Shown here: piece after piece, positions 50,133 to 63,106 of the stretch | Layout of the letters: every line of letters starts with the position of its first letter | Position numbering within the stretch: position 1 is the stretch's first letter | Virus record (IMG/VR): IMGVR_UViG_3300023083_000001 | Span: 1-64,000 of that record | Reading direction: 5' to 3' (one strand) | Length of the DNA: 64,000 nt | Translations under genes and position numbers: made by a program | The notes under the pieces: model-generated | What the model saw: the letters and a program-made list of their open reading frames with translations, nothing else | What the model was told of the DNA's origin: nothing | Databases searched by the model: none

Positions 50133-52310
50133 GACCTTACTGACTTCCTTATGGGGTCTTTTGACATACTATTTTTTAAGAGGTGTATATGAAACGTAAC
50201 TTATTGTACGCTGCGGTTGCATTATCACTGGCTCACACGACTATTACAATGTCGTCTGTCTCGTGGTCCAACTTCCACACGCCTAAACATCCTGACGAAC
50301 ACAAACATCGTAAAGACATCGACCGTCACGGCATGCCTCGTAAACGTAAGAAAGGGAGTACGCACTAATGTTCAAATCCGGTACCGAAACTCCTGAGCGG
50401 TATTACGACCCTGAACCAGAGCAGTGTCAGCAGGATGACGAAGTCAAGAAGCCTGCGTTCTACCGCCATGATCTCAATCTTAACGGTGTTCCTGGCCGTA
50501 AGAAGAAAGGTCACCACAGTCGCCATTCCTAATCGAGGATAGTTCCATGGTAAACGATCGCGACATGCGTGATGCGAACATGTTGTTGGATATATACGGT
50601 CCTCGCATGACAGCCACCAAGCCGGAGCGAAACCCGCCTTGTGTAATGCGGGGTGTGTCTGAAGGTATCTACCCGATAATGGAGCGATGGGCTTTATCTC
50701 CAGATGCCCAAGTCACGTTGCAGTACGCTACCGGTCCAGAAACACAAGTGGTGGTCTTGGTTACAGGTCCAGAGCATCGTACAGGTCAAGTACATGAACT
50801 CATGCGATTGATGAATGAAGAACATCCGCAATATGAATTCATTGAACTTGGACGAAATATGTTCGAGGAATTGCAGGCGTACGAGGAACAGATGAAGATC
50901 CCGCGCTCGATGATGTTTGAGATCGACAGTATCTCACCGCCAGACAGAGTGCTTTCTGCTAAACACATGAATAAGTCTTACTTTTACCGGCCACGTAGCG
51001 AACGTGTTCCTCACATGAAGCGCGCTGGTTTCGATAAACAGCGTAAACCGTATTAAGGAGTACCGATGCCGCATTCACTGTATCGCCCCTTGGCTCCTAC
51101 CGATCTGGTAGATGCTGAGATCACTGAACTCTCACCTATCCCAGCTGAGGGTAATCCTTATCTGCACGACCCTATTCGTAGCGGATTGGGATTACCTAAA
51201 GGCTGGGAGATCATGTACGAGACCAGCAAACCTGGTGCGCTCGAAGAACTGATCCTGGTCAACTGGAAAAGCGGGCAGCGTTTGAAGATCGACTTCACAC
51301 CCAAACATTTACAGTTGGCTGACATCATCGAAAGCGGTAAACACCGCGACAAACGCGCTGTCTCCGGCGTACTGTACTTCGCTGAGATGGGTGACGGTGA
51401 TCAGATCCTTTGGAAGTGTGTGGATGATCTCGACAGAAGTGGGATTGAAGAATTCCTCTACGCACTCTGGTGGGGTGAGCGTGGGATGTACTTCGTCAAA
51501 GCTACGTTGTTTGTAGACACGACCAAGTTCCCGCGCGAATTCCTGACGTTCAGTGAAGATCCCAAGTTCGACCCTAACCGGATGTACCCCAACGACGTAG
51601 CTCGTATTCAAGCGATGTTGGATCAGTACAAACCCGGCGAACCTCCAACAACTGCTAACAACGTCACTGCAAAACCGTTTGGTTTGAACGAATAAGACGG
51701 CGGGGGTTATTCCCCGCTTTATGCCCAATGTATAAAACCACGAATTAGGATAATTGCATGAATGCTCATGTAGACGTACCTCAGACTTCAGAAGAACCCA
51801 CCATTGTGATACACCCAGGTACGTATCAAGGTGTTGATGCGGGAGATAATGCGCGCCGGTTGGTCAAGCTGCGTAAAGCAGCCGTGGTGGCCAGAAAAGT
51901 CTTCTTTCGTACAATCGCACTGGTTGTCGTGTTGAGTCTACTCAGCGTGGCTGCTGCGGCGTACTACGGCTACACCACTCGTGTCGGTGGTTACAAGTCA
52001 GTGGAAACCAAGTGTAGCTTTATGTTGGGTGACCAAGAACTGACCGGTACTCGGATCTACTCGTACCCGTTCCAGGAATACTTCGGTTTCCGTTTGACCG
52101 ACACCAAGCAGATCGAAGAGAAGACTCGCCTCAATACCAACGGCAACCCACTTCAAGTGATCGGCCTGGAAGGCGATACGCATTGGGTGCAGAACATCGG
52201 AATGGGCGAACGTGGTTTCGTTCTACTCAACCACGCCGACAGTTACGTCTTCACCAGCGGTAAGGTTGCAGACGTGGTCAAATATAAATCCTTCTGTAAG
52301 TGAGAACATC

Positions 52311-52727
52311 ATGACCGTAGATAACTCGCTATACCCTGACCTGATCGAGGAAGCCTACCCTCTGGAAGAATGCATCCGTCATTTGGAAGCGCATTACACC
52401 AACCTTAACAGTTACGAAGACGGTGTCCCACACCACGTCAAGTACGCTGCTAATCGCCGCATTGCTTGCGCTGCGAACCGTTACGGTAAGTATATCGTCA
52501 CCGGGGCCCGTCATCATGATTCCATGATGCGTATCCAGATCATGGCGATAGGTGCGGATCGACTATGGGCGTTGGCTGGTGGACGTCATAGGGAAGAACA
52601 AGGCTTCGTGGATCAATGGGGTATCTTCCTCACCCGTGAAGAAGCCTGGGTGGTTGCGGAAGCAGCGGGGCAGATCAAAGACCGTACCTTCGGTCACGGC
52701 ACCTTGTTCTCCGAGAACTATTTATAA
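52311..52727 (+). CDS. conserved phage hypothetical protein
   Basis: IACAAN...GARH...EQGFVDQWG.FLTREEAW.VA..AGQI...LFSE. Confidence 0.7.
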   Translation: MTVDNSLYPDLIEEAYPLEECIRHLEAHYTNLNSYEDGVPHHVKYAANRRIACAANRYGKYIVTGARHHDSMMRIQIMAIGADRLWALAGGRHREEQGFVDQWGIFLTREEAWVVAEAAGQIKDRTFGHGTLFSENYL

Positions 52728-52997
52728 CAAGAGGTTTGCATGACGAACAAAGTTGAAGGTGTCGAGAACGTCACCGCCTTCCTCAGTGCATTGGTTGATG
52801 TTGGACAACTCACAGCCGATGCAGCTAAACAGTTGGTGGCTTTAGCCACTGACGGCGTTACACGCTTTACCGCCCAGGTGATCACTGTAGGTACTAAACA
52901 GGAAGTGATGGTGGAGACAGACAATCGTTTCCCGTACTACTTCCCGTTGCGTGCAGTGAAACCCATCCCTCAAATAGACCCACAGTAAGGAAGTCCC

Positions 52998-54017
52998 ATG
53001 GATCTTAAGAACCTGTATATACACACGCCTGGCTACGTTGACAAGAAATCAAAGTACGCCGTTTTCGCTGTCCAGTACACCGGTCCAGAATCGGTGCCAG
53101 AGGACATGAGTACCGATTTCGCCAAGTTGGTCAATCAATTCATGCCTGAGTACGACGAGGCGTATAAACAGGTTTTCCCAGACGGCGCGTTGCTGGTGAC
53201 TCTGAATGAGGACTGGGTATTTATCCATCCGACCGATTGGTTAGTACGATCCACGGTTGATGGACCTGCGCGTATTTACACCGATGACAGCTTCACTGCA
53301 TTGCACACGTCGGCAGCAGCCCTCAACACCCCAACCGCTGAAGAGCAACTCGCTCATGTACCGTCGGCACTGTCGCGTGCTAACGCGGTTAATCCAAATG
53401 TTGCTGTCGGCGACGTTGCGGTTACTGCGTTGATCGAAAGACTCGTCGCTGAAGGTCGTCTTGAATTAGACAGGGCTACATTCAGCATCTGGGATCTTCC
53501 GCATTGGGAAGGGGTAATCAGTGCTCGAATCGTTGAAGTGGTCATCGCCGGCACTGCTCTCGCTGAACTTGAAATCTCGGCTAACGACTGCCAGCCTGCG
53601 TACATCCTGCTGGATGGGCCAGCGATTATCTCCAAAGACAAGCACCACGTCACCGCGGAAGCCGCCTACCCAACGCTTGACGCCGAACACACTCCGCGTG
53701 AATTGACGTTCAATGCACTAAACGACGACTTCGCCGAGTTCGCGCTACTGATGCAAACCAAAGCAGACGAGCTGGGTATCGCTGACGACCATAAGTCTCT
53801 CATGAAAGCCATGGCTGAAGCCCTGACCAATATTGAAGACGATGACGTCCAGATCACAATCGCCGTCTGCGCAATGGGTCTGCATAATCTCGGCGACTTT
53901 ACACCGGGTGAGTTGATGGCAGCTGACACACACGACCTGGTAGAACCTGCCGCCGAACCTGGTGGTGACATCGTTGATATCGGCGATGATGAACCGGGTT
54001 CAGCACGCGGCCAGTAA
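52998..54017 (+). CDS. acidic hypothetical protein
   Basis: AAGGA RBS; 339 aa. Confidence 0.7.
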   Translation: MDLKNLYIHTPGYVDKKSKYAVFAVQYTGPESVPEDMSTDFAKLVNQFMPEYDEAYKQVFPDGALLVTLNEDWVFIHPTDWLVRSTVDGPARIYTDDSFTALHTSAAALNTPTAEEQLAHVPSALSRANAVNPNVAVGDVAVTALIERLVAEGRLELDRATFSIWDLPHWEGVISARIVEVVIAGTALAELEISANDCQPAYILLDGPAIISKDKHHVTAEAAYPTLDAEHTPRELTFNALNDDFAEFALLMQTKADELGIADDHKSLMKAMAEALTNIEDDDVQITIAVCAMGLHNLGDFTPGELMAADTHDLVEPAAEPGGDIVDIGDDEPGSARGQ

Positions 54018-54589
54018 TTCACGCTACTTCAGATAAGGATAGTTTCCGTGGATAAGAAGAATATTTACGTAGTGGTAAAGTCTCCCAATTGGGCTATGGC
54101 TCACTCGGTAGGTGTGGCGATTTCTCTCGGCCTGGCTACGCTGGACATTGAGAACAAACTGGCAGGACCTAATGAGAAGTTGTTGTTCACAGCGGGTTCT
54201 TTGGAAGATGGGGCTGACCACAATGGCCTTATCAAAGGTATCCTGTTTACCGAACACAGTTTGAATCCTCAAACCGATCGCGTTCGCCCAGCTATCCCCA
54301 AAAGCCAGGTGTCGTTGCAACACAATCTACACATCGCAATCGCCGGCTCAGCTAACTCCGGTAAAACGTCGGCCAGATGTTTGATCGGCTCGCTACTCGA
54401 TCTTCATTACGAAACCATCTTCCCGTTCATCGACATTACGCTTGATGGGATGGAAAAGTATCCTGATGAAAATCTGCGTCTTTTCCTGACTTCACCAGAA
54501 CACGTGACAAAGATGCGCGATAAGATCATCGTCAACATCATCCCACAACAACTGATCACCTTTGAGATTATCTGAGTCAGTTGTAAGCG

Positions 54590-54667
54590 GCATACAACCA
54601 CCGGGGTCATTCCCGGTGGTCTGTTCTTTTTTTGTATTTAATTGTGGTCATACATTACCCCTAGGAG
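54590..54667 (+). promoter_or_regulatory. terminator + early promoter cassette
   Basis: CATA-ACCACCGGG/CCCGGTGGT-T run, then AATTGTGGTCA-TACATTAC; parallels 17910-17988. Confidence 0.65.
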
Positions 54668-57600
54668 TACCAACCATTAGGAATAAGGCGCATGTACGAT
54701 ATCATGGACGCTATGTTGATCATGGCGCTTCACGCTAGTAAGAAACCCAGTGTCAAAGAATTCAAACGGGAAGCCTTCAAGCTTTCGAAGAAATGCACAC
54801 CGGCGGTACAAGCTGGATTCATGGCGGTATTACAAGTCGCTCCTAATCCGATTGACACGATGTACTTTCACGTTGAACAGTTCCTGGATCTTCTGACTTG
54901 TTCTTCAGAAGTTTCCAAGATGGGGAATGATTGCATCGGCCTCGTCGTTCACGACTTCCAGGCGTATCCTGTCAGGATAACATTCTCAGCCGAGACCCTG
55001 AAAGAGCAACAAGCTGATGCTACTTGGTTAATGCAGAACGAGTTATCGTTGACGACCCGTATCGTTCAACAATCCTTGAAGGCACTCAACCTGACCAAGA
55101 TTACGTGCAGAGTTCTTCTATTTAATAACCGCGGCTTCTCAGGAGTCCTGGTTCCATTTAACAATGTTGGGGGTGAGGTATGGATCTGAATGAAATGCGC
55201 GAGATGCATGAGCGTCAGCGGCAGTTTACGGTCAAGCAAGACATTATTGTCGTGACAGCCAAACAACCTGAGTCCGGCAAGATTCAATACAACGGCCAGG
55301 TAATTATGCCAGCTGTCCCTTCGGTAGTCGATTACATTGGCTTGCTCTGCGTCTAACGTTTTATAGTTTAGGAGATCATGATGAGCAATGGCCTGATTAC
55401 TCTGGGTGATGTACTTGACGTTGAGTCGTTTGACCTGATGGAAGAACTCAACCAGATGCGCAGGGAGGTGGTTGATCCCATCGACTTCGATCTGGATCGT
55501 TTCAACGAGATCATGGATCAGCTGTGGGGAACTGAGTAATGAACCTTCAGACGATCATGATCGGTGCAGCCATCTGGGCTGCTGGCACCATGTTACTGGT
55601 GGCTGTGGAATCCAAATTTCTGCGACATGATAAAGAAGCGTTAAATCAGCTTCCTTACTTTTGGCGCAAGCACTGGGACCACCTCCTGGCTGCGGCTATC
55701 TATCTTTGGCCTGTGGTGGTGTGGTTTCTACTCCACTACCTTGCCGGACACTACATCCTGCGCTTGATTGAGATCACTATTGATTATCTTGATCAGCGTA
55801 AATTGAATAAAGGGGTTAAGCGTGTATAAAGTCGTTATCAATAAACAGATTGGTGGTTTCGGTTTTGGTAACGAGGCGGAGGCTTTCATTGCCGCGTTAC
55901 TCGAGTGCGAAGAACTCAGCTCCTGGGTTGATCGTCCTGACGTGGAATACGAACTCGATCCAGTCGACCGTATCTACTTTGCAAACATCCCACGTCATCA
56001 TCCTGCGCTTATTAAGTTGGTGGAGGAGCATCGTAACTCACTCGAAGGTCAATATGAAGTGGTGGAGTTGATCTACCCGACGTACTCCATCTTCGACGAT
56101 GGTCGTGGTGTGGAATACATCTCGGTTATTTCCTCGCATCAGTTCGATGCACGAATCATCCCTAAGGAAGGTGAGGTAGAGTACCATCCAAGTTCACTGG
56201 TCCCGATCGGTGAGTTGCAAGCGTTAGTGGACTCGTGCGGTAAGTCGTTCCATGGCGTTTCCGCTTACCAGCTCACTCAGGACCTCGTTGCCTTGATTGT
56301 CAAATACACCCCAGGAGTATAAAGATGGACACCTCTCCGCCGACTGTCATCGACAAAGATAAATCAGACCTGTTCAGAAAAGACGGTGTGGTTTATAGCT
56401 ACAAAGGTATCGCTCACGAGCGTGGTCTCAACGACACGGTCATCAAGTTCCACCTCCTGCTGAATCACAATACCAATGAGTTCTGGTTGGAAGACAACGA
56501 GGGGATCTTGGATTACCGCCAATTGACCAAGGAAGAAGAACATACTTACCGTTACGGAAAGAATACAACGGTTATAAACTGTCGGCGTAAGCCGTTGGCT
56601 AGCGTTAAACTGTAGAAACTTACAGCTAATCAATAGTTTATGTAACAGACGCATCGATCGTTAGTAAGGATACTACATGGAGCTACTCCTTTGGTGTTTG
56701 GTTCCTCTACTGATCGGTTTCATGATTCTCACTTCCTGGTGCACTCGGGTTAGTATCTCTGCGACGTACGTTTTGCCACAAGCGTCGGTGGTACTGCTCA
56801 GCATTAAGGAACGTGGTCATTCGTATACGGTAGGCTTCTGGGGCCTACACGAGCGGGTTGATTACTTGATGAGAACTAGATTGATCGGTACGCCTCAAGC
56901 TGACACGACCCTAACCTCAGGGCACAGGTCCCTGTAAGGTGAAGTAGTAGGGATAAAGTAATCACAGTAAGTGTTGGAACACCCCTCCAGTACAGCTCCC
57001 TGGTTACAGACCCACCAAAGAGACGGGATGACCGCTCACCCAAGATAACGACGACAGTTGTCGTCACGGCACAGCCCTGCTCCCCTGACCTATTGCTGGT
57101 TACGAGTACTCTGTGTAGATGTACGGTTCAAGTGTCCCCCTATATATCGCCACTAGCCCTCTAGCGCCGCCAGATTAATTACCTGGAAGAACGGATATGG
57201 CAAGTCGATCACTATAGGGGTCATTTTCTTTTCTTTATGCTGTATCTTTATTTAGGAGAGTCTGTATGAACGCTGTAACTTTGGAAGAACAAAGCTACGC
57301 AATAGAACTGCTGTTCCCTCAACCGGGAGACCAGGCGTTCTTTAACGAACACATCCTGCACAGTATCGCTGGTACTCTGGCCAAGCTGGCGATGGTGACT
57401 GTCGAACGATTTTCCAAACAAGAAGAGATGTTCATCGCTGTCTTGCGTGAAATATTCATGATGAAGTTCTCCAAAGACCAAGTAGTCTCGTTCAGCGGTA
57501 AATACCATCAGAACCATGACGAACTCGGCCCTCATTACGATCTCGGACTACGCTTGGGTGAAGGGATGGATGCCATCTACCCGGTGCGGGTCACATTCCT

Positions 57601-58109
57601 CCAGACCCCCAAGCAAACCACAACTGTACATTAATTACCAATGGACTAAGCAGATGCATCTCCAACGCCGGATACTGTACATCGTCACAACGTTACTCCT
57701 CATTATCTGCTGTTGGTACTGGGTCAGTAACGATTACATGACTTCCCGTGACTACACGGTCAAGATGGTCGACAAGTTCAAAGAAGAACGCTGCCACAAA
57801 AGCAGCTGCAATCTCTATCTGAAAGGTTTGTTTAGAACCGAAGACGGAGACTTCTTTGATCTGGATCTGACCATGGCTTCTTACACCCGGCTACATCCCG
57901 GTGATGAAGCAGTCTTTGATCTCAGACCGTTCGATATAAAACAAACCCCCAGAGAGAACCTGTTGTACTTCTTTGGTCCGGTGATCGTTTATTCACTAGC
58001 CCTCAGTGCCATTTTATGGTCGGTGGTATGTGTTATCGTTGAACGAAAGGACGCTAAAGTCAAGAAGGAATCCAAATGAAATGAATAGACACCCCTAGAG
58101 GCGATCATC

Positions 58110-58649
58110 GTGACAGACTGGAACCCTGAGTTTACACCCAGTTTCACACCGCAGGAGATGCTGGAGAAAGGCGTCTTCGAAGGTAAGTACATCAACAGCG
58201 TCAAAGGGGTTCCAGTCTCTTGGAAGAAGTCCCCTAAAGTCTTGGGTCCTAAAGACGAACCGGACATCTCTCTGAACTTCTACGGTGAGAAGTCACGTCA
58301 ACCTCTATCCGTCTGGAAAGCCAATGGTTGGATCAAGACAGATAAGAGCGCCTGGTTTGAATGGTTTTGTCACTACTTTCAAGGGAGGCGTCTAGGCGCT
58401 GAAGATGACTGGCAGATCGGGCGATGGAAAAGCTTTGTAGCCAGACACATGGGGCAGATCAAAGCCAACTGTAGCCTCACCGATAACAAGTGTCGACCTA
58501 CCCAACGCCAAGGTCTGTTGCAATGGGCGTGGGATTCATCGACACCGTTTAACGAAGAACAACGCAAGAAGAACCTGACTCGGATCTTAAGTAAGTCAGG
58601 TGCCAAGAAAGCGGAGCCTTCTACCGAATCCAAAGTGTTCCAATGGTAA
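58110..58649 (+). CDS. conserved large-virus protein of unknown function with C-terminal STES..W tail
   Basis: F.P..TP.EML..GVF.GKY, WFEWFC.Y..GRR..ED..QI.RW..F..RH, RQGLLQWA. Confidence 0.7.
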   Translation: MTDWNPEFTPSFTPQEMLEKGVFEGKYINSVKGVPVSWKKSPKVLGPKDEPDISLNFYGEKSRQPLSVWKANGWIKTDKSAWFEWFCHYFQGRRLGAEDDWQIGRWKSFVARHMGQIKANCSLTDNKCRPTQRQGLLQWAWDSSTPFNEEQRKKNLTRILSKSGAKKAEPSTESKVFQW

Positions 58650-60693
58650 CGTCGATCAGCGCAGGACACCCTGCGCTGTCTATGCCGTAAATGTGTTTTA
58701 CTAATATTTTCTTTGCTGAGATGTAGGGGAATGAAAATGCATACACGAATCACACAACTCACCCTATCAAGAGAAGTGGGGAATCACAGCGGTTATTTCA
58801 CCATCTGCCGAGCGTTGCAAGAAGTAGGTATCCGAGTAACCGATAAAGAAGTGGTTGTTGATGTGAAACGGTTCCATGATGAAAACCGTACGTTTGATCT
58901 CGAGATCACCGAGAACACCGTACACTACACTCGTCTTACTGGTGATGAAGCCATCGTCATCACTGTTAACTTAAGGGAGCTTTGACGTATGAATCAAGCT
59001 GAACGTAATGCTGTCCACGTTTTCAACCCAGAAGCTGGGGATATGTGGTACGACGGTCAACGGGGCGAACAATGTTGTTTGGTTCTCCGTGCATTGGACA
59101 ACGGGAACGTGGTGATCACGACTAAATGTATCACCACGCCTTTCGGTTGGGAGTGGGATATTTCTAAGGCCGCTGAAGTAGAAGGTCGTGACTTTGAAAA
59201 CTTCGTCTCGGGCTCTGGTGCAGATGTCTCAATGAACCCAGGACACAGCCTGATTCAAGAATGGAATGCCGAAGGTAGTCAATACCAACCGTTACCTGAA
59301 CCATACGTCGATAAACGCATTACACGTCGGTACCTGCATGAACTCCGTCAGCGCGGATACGTGGCGAGGAAAAGTGACAAGGGTAATTACCTGGACGGTA
59401 ATCACTTGATGTGGATGCTCAACAGCATTCATTTCAACCTCGTGTCATCCCAGACCAAAGCTCACCGGTGGCTCGGATTTGTTCAATGTGCCCTGTGTGT
59501 TCTAAACGTCACCACTGTAGACGGTGAGCGTGAGTTCACACGCGCCATCTTCAACGGCAAATAAGTAACAATCATCTCAACGAGGAAAAACGCTTGAAAC
59601 GGTTCTGGTTCAGAAACTGGCATTACATTTTAGCCTTTGTTATAGCGGGGTCGATTATTGCAGCTCAGGTGTATGCTGGCCGGGATGCGGACGTACGTGC
59701 AATTGCTGCATTGGAAGGAGCAGGTTACACTGAGGTTAAACTCAGTGGACAACGGTGGTGGGGGTGTGGTAGTGCCGAATATATGAACTATGGCTTCATT
59801 GCCAAAGGTCCTACCGGTAAGACCGTCATGGGTGTCGCTTGCTCTGGCATGTCCAAATATACAACAATACGTTTGCACTAAGGAACCCGTCATGTCCAAA
59901 GACACCGTTATTCTCATCAATCCACGCAAGTCCATCAAGGACGCCTTCATTAACTCAGACGTGCACTTGTACTTGCCAGTGGATGATAAGGGTAACGTAG
60001 TAGACCCCAGTAAGGCCCGACGGTTGGAGTGTTGGGTGAGTGTGTCTGCTATTGCACAGGCTGCATTGCCAGAAGTCTTCGGTGATGATAAAGCCGGAAT
60101 CAGTAACGCTCTCCTGTGGAAGAAGGGCGACCATGAGTTTGGCACATTGTCTCGCAGTGTAGCGTTTGGCTCCATCATGAAACTCAATGAATGGCTCCAC
60201 ACGTTACACCGCTTACCTGCCAGGGATATTTCCTACTCAAAGGCTTACATCGCCAATCAGTAAGCGGCATAATGCAGGAGGGCGTTTGCCCTCCTGTTAC
60301 TTTCTTTTATTTTTATCCAGTCGAGGTGGTTATGGATGAAGTCCAAACGTCACATTTCTTCTTTCGCGAAGAATATTGGGACAACACAATCTTTAAAGGC
60401 GCTCCTCCTCTGGAGTTCAGCAACACCTCTACAGACGACGTTAATCTGTTCTTGAACGGTGTACTCAACAAGCGTGTGAAAGACCTGGAGGTTGAGCTGG
60501 TGCGTCCTGAAGACATGCCATTGAATGCTTACGCAGAAGTGATCAACCACACGTTGCTCTACATCGACCCAGACAGCCTGATGATTGTTGTGGGTTGGTT
60601 TGATACCGTGCCGGTGTACTGGCCAACTTAATTATTTACCAGTTCAGTAGCATCTATGTACTGAACCCCTAATTCCCGTAGGATGTATTTCGC

Positions 60694-61404
60694 ATGTCCG
60701 TACTTTCCGATAAGTCAATCAAGAAGTTGTGTCAAGTTCAGACGGTGGCGACCAGTAAGCAGTCGACCAGGTTTTTCGTCGAAACTCTGCGTGACGACAT
60801 CCAAAGAATGCTAGAGTTTTCAGGTCACAAAGTTTCCGCAGTGACTTCCGAAGACTATGAGGAAATCGGATTTCAACCGATGATCTCTCCGTACTTTGCC
60901 AAGAAGGTGAAGGTCGATGAGCAGGGCAACAAGATTGCCAGTTACGGCCAAAGCTCTGGTGGTTACGATATCCGCTGCGCGCCTGAGTTCAAGTTGTTCT
61001 GTGGTGTCGACGGTGAGCCGATCGATTACAAGAACATCCGTGACGATCAGTTCAAGACCATTCTGGCTGACCAAGTCATTCTGCCGCCCAACAGCTTTGT
61101 GCTGTCGCGCAGTATCGAAAAGATCAAGATGCCGCGTAACGTCATCGCGCTCTGCATTGGTAAGTCCACGCCAGCGCGTGCAGCTATCAGTTGCCTGTGC
61201 ACTCCACTGGAACCTGAGTGGGAAGGTTACGTGACGCTGGAGTTTGCCAACACCAGTAACCAACCTGTCATCCTCTACGCCAATGAAGGTGCAGTGCAGT
61301 TGATGTTCCTGTGGTTGGACGAAGAATGTGAACGTGGTTACGCTGCCGATGGTGGCGGTAAGTATCAGAGCCAGTTGCCGGAAATCACGCTACCGCGTGT
61401 TTAA
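60694..61404 (+). CDS. dcd: dCTP deaminase
   Basis: SYGQSSGGYDIR, GKSTPAR, TPLEPEWEGYVTLEF, YANEG, GGKYQ; ~45-aa N-terminal insertion. Confidence 0.95.
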   Translation: MSVLSDKSIKKLCQVQTVATSKQSTRFFVETLRDDIQRMLEFSGHKVSAVTSEDYEEIGFQPMISPYFAKKVKVDEQGNKIASYGQSSGGYDIRCAPEFKLFCGVDGEPIDYKNIRDDQFKTILADQVILPPNSFVLSRSIEKIKMPRNVIALCIGKSTPARAAISCLCTPLEPEWEGYVTLEFANTSNQPVILYANEGAVQLMFLWLDEECERGYAADGGGKYQSQLPEITLPRV

Positions 61405-62048
61405 TGGATTTTGTAGTACGACGCTGAGGAAAGCGGTGATGATCGATTGGATGAAGAGAAAGATAAGCAGGGGTCAGGTCAAATCCACTGACGCAGTCGA
61501 ATATCCGAAAGGACCACCTGAGAAACTTCATCGACATTGTCCACCCATCGTGTTACGCGTGGGGGATGTCAGCAGTATCAGCGACGATAACCACCGCCAG
61601 TTCCTTAGTTACGGTTGGCGTTATGGGAAAGACACTCCTCTAACCCAACCGTTTGACCGCATGATGTTCGAAGGTCTTAACGGCGCCGGTGAATACATCG
61701 TGCTCGGTGTGACGTTACCTATCCCCGATGGGTTTCATGTACGTGCAGCGCAGGTGGCACAACACGAAGGGATCGATTACTACGGTGATGCGTTGATCTG
61801 TCTTTTCATCCCAGGCGATGTCAGACTCAAAGGCATGTTACGTTCCTCCAGTCACGTCGGTGGTCCTACAACTGAACTGATGGAAATGATTCAATACCTG
61901 GCCATGCGGTTTGAGTCACGCATCATCTCGATCGAAACCGCTCTCGATGGCGACGTGTTGATCCTGTTCTCTCCTTGGAATAAGCAGTACACCTTGGAGA
62001 ACTACAACATGCGCTGGAAGGAAGAACGCATCACGAGGGCGTTTGACA

Positions 62049-62423
62049 ATGGACCTCTGGACGATACAGATGGCAAAGTGGAGGATAGCAAGGGATCAGG
62101 AGATACCCTTTCTTGACACCACTGTAAAATCGGGTGACAAGGTCTTTGCACCCTCATGGCAGATTGTCATGGATGTAAAGGCCAAGATCATTACACCTGA
62201 TGAGTACACCGTACACTACACCGCCATGATGCGGGAAAGCTACACCCACAATAAGGAACGCTGGTTAGAAGTGTGCAATATGAAACAGGTCGCCATTGCC
62301 TGCTATTGCGAGGAAGGACACTTCTGCCACCGACATGTATTAGCGTATATGTTTCAACGCGTTTGTCATCAACATGGAATTTCGTTTAAATTACGAGGCG
62401 AGTTATCTCGTCGTCAGGGGTGA
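62049..62423 (+). CDS. DUF488-like protein
   Basis: FAPSW...EY...Y...MR...ACYC....FCHRHVLA. Confidence 0.65.
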   Translation: MDLWTIQMAKWRIARDQEIPFLDTTVKSGDKVFAPSWQIVMDVKAKIITPDEYTVHYTAMMRESYTHNKERWLEVCNMKQVAIACYCEEGHFCHRHVLAYMFQRVCHQHGISFKLRGELSRRQG

Positions 62424-63106
62424 AGTATGCAAGCTCTGAAACTCAAACCACGGCCAACTGTAAGTATTGCAGTGGATCCGAATCCTACAGCTAGCGAAGT
62501 TGCTTACACCAACGGTCACGTAGCGACCACGTTGTTGAAGATGAACAACGTGCAACTGGATGGTCATGCCATTCCAGAGAAAGACGGCGATGTATTCCGT
62601 CGCAGGGTCATTGCCAGTAAGATTGTCAAGAAACGTGCGCCGTCAGACGACTTGCCAGACCTCAGTGATCTGAGTGATACCAACTTACCTTGGGCTGGTC
62701 ATCTCACGTTCGTCGGTGCTCATCGGCAATTCCGCAGCAAGTTCGTCTTGGCCGCGGTCTGCGACATCGTGCGGATGTACGATGGGTTTCTGTACCACCT
62801 GAGTGTTGCAACGCCAGGACGGGATTACAAAGCCCACCCGTTCTGTTTGATCAACATCCCGCCAGTGGATATCCGCGAACAACACTGTCACGTTACCATC
62901 GACCGCCATCTTGATTACGCTACTGTCGAGCGTCATTTCAGCAATGCTGAGGACGTTCCGCGGCAGTTGATCCTTGAACTGGTCCGGTTGGGCTATGTAC
63001 TTGAGGGTAACGTCTTCAGTCATCCGCAGTTCACAGGGATTGAAGGTCGTATCCGTTGCGACCTGTGGGGTAAGGTCATCACCAACCAACCGTTGCGAGA
63101 AGTGAA

